DNA of 13,610 nt from Myxococcales bacterium. Its GTDB lineage: Bacteria; Myxococcota_A; Polyangia; Polyangiales; Polyangiaceae. The DNA lies in the NCBI GenBank assembly GCA_043747615.1, contig JAYTOU010000072.1, positions 1-13,610 on the forward strand. Direction: 5' to 3'. Below, piece by piece: positions 1 through 6,629 of the stretch (position 1 is its first letter; each line of letters starts with the position of its first letter). Below the pieces are notes generated by a model. That model had not been told where the DNA came from, searched no databases, and saw only the letters and a program-made list of their open reading frames with translations. The translations under genes and the position numbers were made by a program.

Positions 1-369
<369 letters not shown>

Positions 370-537
370 TTCTCTAAGGCAAACATTGCAGTTCGCACCC
401 AGGATTGGGTTTGCGAGACTCGCTCAAAATTCAGCGAAGAACGCGTAAAAACGATCTCGACATCTCTCCTGAAAGGTCTGCGTCGCGGTTGAAACCGCCA
501 GGCAAGCTAGAGATGTCGACTCCGGATACCCCAAAGT

Positions 538-655
<118 letters not shown>

Positions 656-663
656 TTATTTTC

Positions 664-707
664 GAGAAGGCTCAGATGCTTTACGCGTCTGGGCCTTTTC
701 CTTTTTT
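664..707 (+). terminator. Rho-independent terminator of the rRNA operon
   Basis: 16-bp stem GAGAAGGCTCAGATGC (664-679) / GCGTCTGGGCCTTTTC (685-700) including G-U pairs, followed by CTTTTTT, immediately after the 5S gene. Confidence 0.88.
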
Positions 708-776
708 GTCTGCGTTCTCTGGCTCATTTGCGCCTTTTGGAATCCCGAGGGCCGAGTCGCGCGTTAGGCTAAAGCT

Positions 777-3113
777 GTGATTAGAGCTCCACTGTCTTTG
801 CGCGCGAAATTGGCGCTCGCAGTCGTCAGCGTCGCTCTCGTAGTCGGCCTATTTGCGTTCGGGCCGTTGGTCCGGGCGCGCGCGGTCTCTGCGGGGGCGG
901 CTCGCGGTTTCAGCGTCCGCATCAGCCGTGCTGCGCCTGCCTGGTTTGCGATTCGTCTGATCGACGTGAGCGTGGGGCTCGAAGGGGTTGACGGTCTCTC
1001 GTTCGCGCTTCCAGAAGTGCGCGTTGATCTCGGGCTTTTGGGAAAGATTGAGTCGGTGTCGATTCATGGCGGCGCAGCTACCGTCGCGGGCTCGCCCGAG
1101 GAGCTGATCCAGCGCGTCGAAGCCTGGCGGGAACGGCGCCCCGTGCGTTCCGGTGACTCGCGCTCCGTGATTCCGATTGAGGTCGACGGACTCTCGCTCG
1201 CTTGGGACGCGTCCCCCTCCGGCTCAGAGGCCCTTCTTGCGAGCGGCATTTCCTTCTCCCGAAGTGACGAGGGGATCCAGGTCGGCGTCGAGCACGTCCG
1301 GGCCACTCATCGCGCGTTCGCCGTCGAGGCTTCGAGTGCCGTCGCCAAGCTTTCGCGTGGGTCGCTGAAGAGCGCGCGCGCGGCAAGCGTCGACGTCGTT
1401 TGGACGCGAGCGACGCAGAGTACGCCTGTCGCCCCGCCGCCCGCCGTCGATCTGTCGCCCCCGTCGCCGCCGATCATCACGAAGCGGAAGGGAGCTCCCC
1501 CGCCAACGCCGGTCGAGGCGTCTACCAGCCCACTCTTGCCTCTGCCGGATCTACACGCGCTCCGCGGAAAAATCGCGGCGTTGGCCCGGCTCGTTGCGAC
1601 GCACCTCGACGACGAGAGTGTGGTCGAGATCGATGGTCTCGCGTTTCATGCAGAGCGCGGGAACGATCGCTTGTCCCTCGCGCGCGGGCACTGCACCGTC
1701 GCTCGCCATGCAGAGCGAATCGAGCTTGATTTCTCGACGAACCCTGCCGCGACAGGGACACCCTTTTCCATCCGCGGACACGTTCCACTTGAGGCTGAAG
1801 ACGTACAGCTCGCTCTCTCCGGTGGACCGATCGCTCTTTCATTCCTCGGAGTGAAGGAAGGAGCCGCTGGGCTGGTCGACGTCGATCGCGCGACGCTCAC
1901 CGGAAAGGGAGACGTTATTTTGGCGGGGGGCGGAGAGAAGCTCACTTTCGACGGGACGCTCGGCGTCCGCGGCCTCGGCCTTCAGGACCCCAGGCTCGCG
2001 GCGGAGGTGGTGCGTGGGCTTGATCTAAGCGGAAGCGCGCGCGGTGTGCTCACCGACAAAGGGGAGCTCCAGCTCGATGAGGCCGACGGGACACTCGGAT
2101 CGCTCAGGCTCCGTGTCGCTGGCGGGCTCGTGCAGGGGGCAGCCCACACGGCGGGCACCTTCTCCTTCGAAGTTCCACGGGCGAGCTGCCAGGCAATCTT
2201 CGAGAGCGTGCCGTCGTCGCTCCTTCCTGATCTACGTGGCGCGCAGATGAGCGGCACTCTCGGGGGAAAGGGCTCTCTCTCTTTCGACTCGCGGAAGCTC
2301 GACGAGCTCCGCCTCGACTACACGATTGACGACCTCTGCAAGCTCACGATGGTGCCCGAAGCCCTCGCCAAAGAGCGGTTTTTGAAGCCGTTCATGCACC
2401 GCGTGTATCTCTCCGACGGAACGATCGCCGAGGAGGAGACCGGCCCTGGCACCGAGAGCTGGACCCCCCTCGACGCGATTAGCCCCTTCATGGAAGTTGC
2501 CGTGCTCACGACCGAGGACGGCGCATTCTTCAAGCACCACGGGTTCAACCACGGGGCGATCCGGAGCTCGTTCATAGCCAACCTGAAGGCGCGACGCTTC
2601 GTTCGGGGGGCGAGCACGATCTCCATGCAGCTCGCGAAAAATCTGTTTCTGGCCCGCGACAAGACCGTTTCTCGTAAGCTCGAAGAGCTTATTTTGACTG
2701 ATTATCTCGAGCAGAACTTCACCAAAGCCGAGATCATGGAATTGTATTTGAACATCATCGAGTTTGGGCCAAGCACTTATGGCATCGGGACGGCAGCAGA
2801 GCATTATTTCGCGCGCAAACCGGAGGAGCTCAACCTCGCTGAAGCGCTTTTTCTTTCCTCGATTCTGCCCAAGCCAATTGCCTATCACAAGCTCTATGAA
2901 AGGGGAGAGATCACCGAGGTCTGGCTCAAGACTCTGCGCTCACTCATGGACATCTCTTTCAAGACCGGCAAGATCACGGAGCCCGAGCTGAACGAGGGGC
3001 GCACGGAGCTGGTGATCTTCCACAAAGAACATGCGCCGCGTCCCGTGCCGCGTCCGCCCGTCTCCGGCGTCCACTTCACGAGCGACGACGACGGATGGCA
3101 TCAGCTGAACTAG
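777..3113 (+). CDS. Large monofunctional peptidoglycan glycosyltransferase (GT51 transglycosylase domain) with N-terminal membrane anchor and long beta-rich N-terminal region
   Basis: 778 aa. Hydrophobic N-terminal anchor. The C-terminal region carries the GT51 motifs: TEDGAFFKHHG (catalytic Glu about residue 580), GASTISMQLAKNLF, RKLEE, KAEIMELYLNIIEFG, LAEALFL. No room for a transpeptidase domain after it. The GTG start is uncertain. Confidence 0.9.
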   Translation: MIRAPLSLRAKLALAVVSVALVVGLFAFGPLVRARAVSAGAARGFSVRISRAAPAWFAIRLIDVSVGLEGVDGLSFALPEVRVDLGLLGKIESVSIHGGAATVAGSPEELIQRVEAWRERRPVRSGDSRSVIPIEVDGLSLAWDASPSGSEALLASGISFSRSDEGIQVGVEHVRATHRAFAVEASSAVAKLSRGSLKSARAASVDVVWTRATQSTPVAPPPAVDLSPPSPPIITKRKGAPPPTPVEASTSPLLPLPDLHALRGKIAALARLVATHLDDESVVEIDGLAFHAERGNDRLSLARGHCTVARHAERIELDFSTNPAATGTPFSIRGHVPLEAEDVQLALSGGPIALSFLGVKEGAAGLVDVDRATLTGKGDVILAGGGEKLTFDGTLGVRGLGLQDPRLAAEVVRGLDLSGSARGVLTDKGELQLDEADGTLGSLRLRVAGGLVQGAAHTAGTFSFEVPRASCQAIFESVPSSLLPDLRGAQMSGTLGGKGSLSFDSRKLDELRLDYTIDDLCKLTMVPEALAKERFLKPFMHRVYLSDGTIAEEETGPGTESWTPLDAISPFMEVAVLTTEDGAFFKHHGFNHGAIRSSFIANLKARRFVRGASTISMQLAKNLFLARDKTVSRKLEELILTDYLEQNFTKAEIMELYLNIIEFGPSTYGIGTAAEHYFARKPEELNLAEALFLSSILPKPIAYHKLYERGEITEVWLKTLRSLMDISFKTGKITEPELNEGRTELVIFHKEHAPRPVPRPPVSGVHFTSDDDGWHQLN

Positions 3114-3116
3114 CTT

Positions 3117-3593
3117 TCACTTTTTTCCTTGGGCGCGCAGTGCAGCGAAAAATGTTCGCAAGCGTTCGGCGCATTCGTCGGCGAGAACTCCGGCCGTCGT
3201 CTCGAACTGATGATTGAGGCGCGGGTCGAGCCCAATCGAAAAAAGCGTATGGACGGCGCCGCCTTTCGGATCCGTGCACCCGTAAACGACGCGAGCGACA
3301 CGGGCATGGACGAGAGCGCCAGCGCACATCGCGCATGGTTCCAAGGTGACGTACGCCGTCATCTTCTCGAGCCGCCAGCTTCCGGTGTTCGCGCTCGCCT
3401 CACGGATGGCGATCATCTCCGCGTGCGCGGTGGGATCGCGGAGGCTCTCGCGGAGGTTGTGACCTTTGCCGCGAATGGTGCCGTCGCCGTCCACGATGAC
3501 GCAACCGACGGGCACTTCACCCCTGGACCCAGCGATGTCCGCTTCCGCGAGCGCTTGGCGCATCAGCGTCTCGTCTTGAAGCGGCATGGCCAC
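3117..3593 (-). CDS. tadA: tRNA adenosine(34) deaminase TadA
   Basis: Motifs GEVPVG, DPTAHAE (Zn ligand and catalytic Glu), YVTLEPCAMCAGA, DPKGGA, RLNH and a C-terminal LRTFF helix. The start may be ATG at 3587 rather than GTG at 3593. Confidence 0.95.
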   Translation of the reverse strand: MAMPLQDETLMRQALAEADIAGSRGEVPVGCVIVDGDGTIRGKGHNLRESLRDPTAHAEMIAIREASANTGSWRLEKMTAYVTLEPCAMCAGALVHARVARVVYGCTDPKGGAVHTLFSIGLDPRLNHQFETTAGVLADECAERLRTFFAALRAQGKK

Positions 3594-3622
3594 GGGGCGA
3601 CAGGGGAAAGGGGAAAGCTGAG

Positions 3623-3696
3623 CGCGCCCAGGAAGATTCGAACTTCCGACAACTGGTTCCGTAGACCAGTGCTCTATCCAGCTGAGCTATGGGCGC
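3623..3696 (-). tRNA. tRNA-Arg (anticodon ACG, edited to ICG); CCA not encoded
   Basis: Reverse complement GCGCCCATAGCTCAGCTGGATAGAGCACTGGTCTACGGAACCAGTTGTCGGAAGTTCGAATCTTCCTGGGCGCG. Acceptor stem GCGCCCA/TGGGCGC, anticodon stem CTGGT/ACCAG with loop CT-ACG-GA, T-loop TTCGAAT. The discriminator G is followed by CTC, not CCA. Confidence 0.97.
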
Positions 3697-3747
3697 AGAT
3701 ACGAAAGAATGACCGTCGACTCTAAGCCGCACCGTACGGCGTGCGGA

Positions 3748-3782
3748 GGGCGCGAAGATACTCGGGCGACGCATCCTGTCAA
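3748..3782 (-). promoter_or_regulatory. sigma70-type stable-RNA promoter for tRNA-Arg/tadA
   Basis: The minus strand reads TTGACA (3782-3777), a 16-nt spacer, TATCTT (3760-3755), then the GC-rich discriminator CGCGCCC, about 50 nt upstream of the tRNA. A 16-bp spacer plus GC discriminator is typical of stringently controlled promoters. Confidence 0.75.
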
Positions 3783-3943
3783 CGAGCGATCCGCGTCTGA
3801 TGAAGGGGCTGGGAGTCAGCCATTCCTCAGGGTATGCAAAGTGTTCATAGCCCACCGTTGACCCGGACCCAAATGTCGCCCCGCTCACCTCGCGGCAGGG
3901 AAGTTACGCGTGAAACGTACGGTTTGCGCCGGTCGAGGGTGCC

Positions 3944-3960
3944 TTGGCACGGTCGCTGCT
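3944..3960 (+). promoter_or_regulatory. sigma54 (RpoN) -24/-12 promoter
   Basis: TTGGCACGGTCGCTGCT matches TGGCACG-N4-TTGCW with one mismatch. GG (3946-3947) and GC (3958-3959) are separated by exactly 10 nt. Predicted start site about 3971. Confidence 0.75.
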
Positions 3961-3970
3961 CTAACCGGCC

Positions 3971-4283
3971 TCGTCTCTGCTCATCGGACTCTTGAAGCTG
4001 CGGGCTGCAGCGTCGGATTCCAAAAGGCCCTTTGCTCCTTCATTGGGCCACTTTCTTGAACGAGTCGGGACGCATCTTGGATTTTCTTACTTCTTAGTTT
4101 CGCTTTCTTCCTCTTCTCTTCTCACTTTTTCTCTTCTCACTTCATCTTGCCTAACTGATGCCTTGGCTTACTTGTTCCTAACCAGTACGCAGTTCGCACA
4201 GCTGGTTTTCCTAACCTAGAAATAAGCGGACGAATCAGCACGCGTGGCGCAACCTCCCGAAGAGGTCGCGTCACACTGCTTTT
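3971..4283 (+). ncRNA. Candidate sigma54-dependent non-coding RNA (~310 nt), unknown family
   Basis: Bounded by the sigma54 promoter and a terminator-like hairpin. Composition differs sharply from the flanking genes (pyrimidine-rich). There is a nested set of stems in the 5' 100 nt and repeated CTHAC motifs. No convincing ORF. Confidence 0.55.
4114..4142 (+). repeat. Tandem direct repeat TTCTCTTCTCACTT x2 (15-nt period)
   Basis: Exact 14-mer at 4114-4127 and 4129-4142. Confidence 0.85.
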
Positions 4284-4285
4284 GT
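4237..4285 (+). terminator. Putative intrinsic terminator ending the candidate ncRNA
   Basis: Stem GTGGCGC-A-ACCTC (4244-4256) / GAGGT-C-GCGTCAC (4262-4274), extendable by AGCA/TGCT, followed by TTTGT. The U-tract is short. Confidence 0.55.
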
Positions 4286-4341
4286 GGGGCTGCCTTTCTG
4301 GGCCAGCCCTTGCCCCTGACGCTGCCCTTAGGGCCGCACGG

Positions 4342-4350
4342 TGCTAACTT
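4342..4350 (+). promoter_or_regulatory. Extended -10 element (TGcTAACTT), probably giving a leaderless mRNA for the PDZ-thioredoxin gene
   Basis: TGnTAnnnT lies 6 nt upstream of the ATG at 4357, and no Shine-Dalgarno is present. Confidence 0.45.
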
Positions 4351-4356
4351 CAACCG

Positions 4357-5184
4357 ATGCTGAAGTTTCGCCGCCTCTCCGTCCTCGTCGCGGCACTCGG
4401 AATCGTCGCGGCCACCGCGGCGACGACGCTAGCTACAAGAGCGTCCGCAGAAGGCGGTGGGCGAGGCTGGATCGGCGTGGCGATGGATTCGGGCGCGCCC
4501 GATGGCGTTCGGGTCACCCATATCGTCAAAGGCTCCCCCGCGGAGAAAGGCGGCATGCGCGACGGCGATCGCATGGTTCGCATCGATGGCGCCCGAGTCG
4601 CGAGCCCCGCCGAGGTTCAACGCGCCGTTGCCGGCCATGCGGTGGGCGACGTCCTCGCCGTCATCGTCGTGCGCGATGGGAAAGAGTCCACGATGCGTCT
4701 CGCGCTCGCCGTCCGACCTGCGGGAGACGAAGTGCTGCGCATGGATCACATCGGTTCATTTGCGCCGACGTGGGTCGGTCTTCAGACCGCGAGCGGGACC
4801 GTGCCCGCCTCGGTTTCTGCGGCGCGAGGTCGGGTCGTGGTGCTCGACTTCTGGGCTACGTGGTGCGGCGCCTGCCGGCTCACGACACCGACCCTGACCG
4901 CCTGGCAAGCTCGTTACGGGGCCCAGGGCCTTTCGGTGGTGGGCATCACGACGGACGAATCGGTCGCAGCGGCGACGTTCGCTGAGAAGCACGCAATGCG
5001 CTTCGGCGTGGCCTCCGATCCGAATGGAGAGACCACCCACGCGTACGGGGTCTCAGCGCTCCCGACGCTGTTCGTGATCGACAAGCGCGGCGTCGTTCGC
5101 GAAGTCGCGGTCGGGTACGATCCATCCCACGAGGCGCAGGTCGAGGTGCTGATCAAGACGCTGCTCGCCGAGCCCGCCCCGTAG
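4357..5184 (+). CDS. Exported PDZ domain + TlpA/ResA-like thioredoxin-fold (redoxin) protein
   Basis: Signal peptide ending in A-S-A. PDZ signature GWIGV...GVRVTHIVKGSPAEKGGMRDGDRMVRIDG. Redoxin motif VVVLDFWATWCGAC (CxxC) with cis-Pro loop YGVSALPTLFVIDKRG. Confidence 0.88.
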   Translation: MLKFRRLSVLVAALGIVAATAATTLATRASAEGGGRGWIGVAMDSGAPDGVRVTHIVKGSPAEKGGMRDGDRMVRIDGARVASPAEVQRAVAGHAVGDVLAVIVVRDGKESTMRLALAVRPAGDEVLRMDHIGSFAPTWVGLQTASGTVPASVSAARGRVVVLDFWATWCGACRLTTPTLTAWQARYGAQGLSVVGITTDESVAAATFAEKHAMRFGVASDPNGETTHAYGVSALPTLFVIDKRGVVREVAVGYDPSHEAQVEVLIKTLLAEPAP

Positions 5185-5207
5185 TCGAACGGAACGTCGA
5201 AAGACCG

Positions 5208-6620
5208 ATGCCCGATCCTCGCGCTCTCACGCGCGTGCTCGATGAGCTCCTGTGGTCGCTTCGCCGCGCCGGGTTGATTATCGCCACGTCGCAAGCCATC
5301 GATGCCGCCCGGGCGATCGCTGCCGTTGGGATCGAGGATCGCGCGCTCTTCAGGGAGGCGCTCGCGTGCGTCGTCGTGCAGCGTCCGCGTGACCGGCTGC
5401 GCTTCGATCGCGCGTTCGATCGCTTCTTCGCGACCTCGGAGCAGCGCGGCAGCCTCTGGGAGCGCCTTGCCGCACGAGGCTTCTCCGCGGTCGAGCTTCG
5501 GGAGCTCCGTGAGCTTCTCGAACGCTTCGTGGAGACGGGGGGCGACGGCGCGCAGCATCTCGGTGTCCTCCTCGAACGCGGCGCCGAGCTCGACCGCATG
5601 CTCCAGCTGACCGGCGTGGTCCGCGCCCTAGAGGCGATGCAGAGCTCGCTCCAAGTAGGTTTTTTCACGCACCGCGTGCTGCAACAGATCGGCGTGGGAA
5701 AAGCCCACCAGGCCCTTGCCGCGCTTCGTGCCCACCTCCGCGAGGCGCTCGGCGAACCGCGTGGAGATGCTTTGGCCAATGCCCTCAAGGACGAGCTCGA
5801 GCGCGCGGGTGACGACGTTCGCGAGCACGTTCGGAGCACACACGCGCGGCGTGAGGAAGAGACGCGTGAAGCGAGGCCGTCCCTCGATACGACGGCGTTC
5901 ACCTCCCTTTCCGATTCACAGATGGTCGAGGTCCGTCGTGCGGTGAAGGCTTTCGCGGAGCGCCTTCGCGGACGGGAGCGGGTGCGGATCAAGCGCCAGA
6001 AACATGGGCGGATCGACCCTCACCGCACGCTTCGTCGTGCCCTCGCGACCGGCGGCGTGCCGTTTCTCCCGCTCCGTCGCGGTCGGCCGCGCGACAAGCC
6101 GCGCCTCATGCTGCTCTGCGACGTGAGCGATTCGGTGCGTGCGGCGGCGACGTTCATGCTGGAGTTCGTGTATGCGGCACACGAACTCTTCGAGCGCACC
6201 CGAAGCTTCGTCTTCGTGAGTGAGCTCGGAGAGACGACGGAGCTCTTTCAGCGAGAGCCCGTCTCCATTGCCCTCGGAAAAGCGTACGGCGGCGGCCTCG
6301 TCTCGGTGGCCGACAATTCCAATTACGGCCGCGTCCTCCGCACCTTCGAGGCCGAGTATCTACGCGACGTCGATCGCCGAACTACCGTCGTCATCCTCGG
6401 CGACGGACGCACGAACTACCATGACGACAAGGCAGAAATCCTCGGGCAGATCCGGGCGCGCGCGCGGGCCGTCATCTGGCTTTGCCCCGAGCCCCGCGGA
6501 GGGTGGGCGCTCGGCGACAGCGCGATGACCCGCTACGAAGCGATGTCGACCCAGGTTCTCGAGATCGGCAGCGTTCGAGAGCTCGAACAGGCTGCCCGGC
6601 TCCTCGTCGCTCTCCGCTGA
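5208..6620 (+). CDS. vWA domain-containing protein, CoxE-like family
   Basis: 470 aa. N-terminal LRRAGL...FDRAFDRFF, GRIDPHRTLRRALATGGVP, MIDAS motif LLCDVSDS, RSFVF, SNYG, VVILGDGRTN, VIWLCPEP. Starts 23 nt after the previous gene, so probably co-transcribed. Confidence 0.88.
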   Translation: MPDPRALTRVLDELLWSLRRAGLIIATSQAIDAARAIAAVGIEDRALFREALACVVVQRPRDRLRFDRAFDRFFATSEQRGSLWERLAARGFSAVELRELRELLERFVETGGDGAQHLGVLLERGAELDRMLQLTGVVRALEAMQSSLQVGFFTHRVLQQIGVGKAHQALAALRAHLREALGEPRGDALANALKDELERAGDDVREHVRSTHARREEETREARPSLDTTAFTSLSDSQMVEVRRAVKAFAERLRGRERVRIKRQKHGRIDPHRTLRRALATGGVPFLPLRRGRPRDKPRLMLLCDVSDSVRAAATFMLEFVYAAHELFERTRSFVFVSELGETTELFQREPVSIALGKAYGGGLVSVADNSNYGRVLRTFEAEYLRDVDRRTTVVILGDGRTNYHDDKAEILGQIRARARAVIWLCPEPRGGWALGDSAMTRYEAMSTQVLEIGSVRELEQAARLLVALR

Positions 6621-6629
6621 GCGTCGTGA

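Noticed and set aside
3594..3696. tRNA-Arg as an integration site for an island or prophage
   Set aside because: No integrase and no duplicated tRNA 3' end seen, and tadA follows directly.
4082..4215. CRISPR array, or eukaryote-like branch point plus polypyrimidine tract
   Set aside because: Repeats are only 5-14 nt with no repeat-spacer organisation and no cas genes. The context is bacterial, so the resemblance of CTAAC to a spliceosomal branch point is taken as coincidental.
3992..4219. 75-aa ORF (TTG start) within the candidate ncRNA
   Set aside because: TTG start with no clear Shine-Dalgarno. Its Ser/Leu/Phe richness simply reflects the pyrimidine tract, and codon usage is unlike the GC3-rich genes. 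A small peptide cannot be fully excluded without ribosome profiling.
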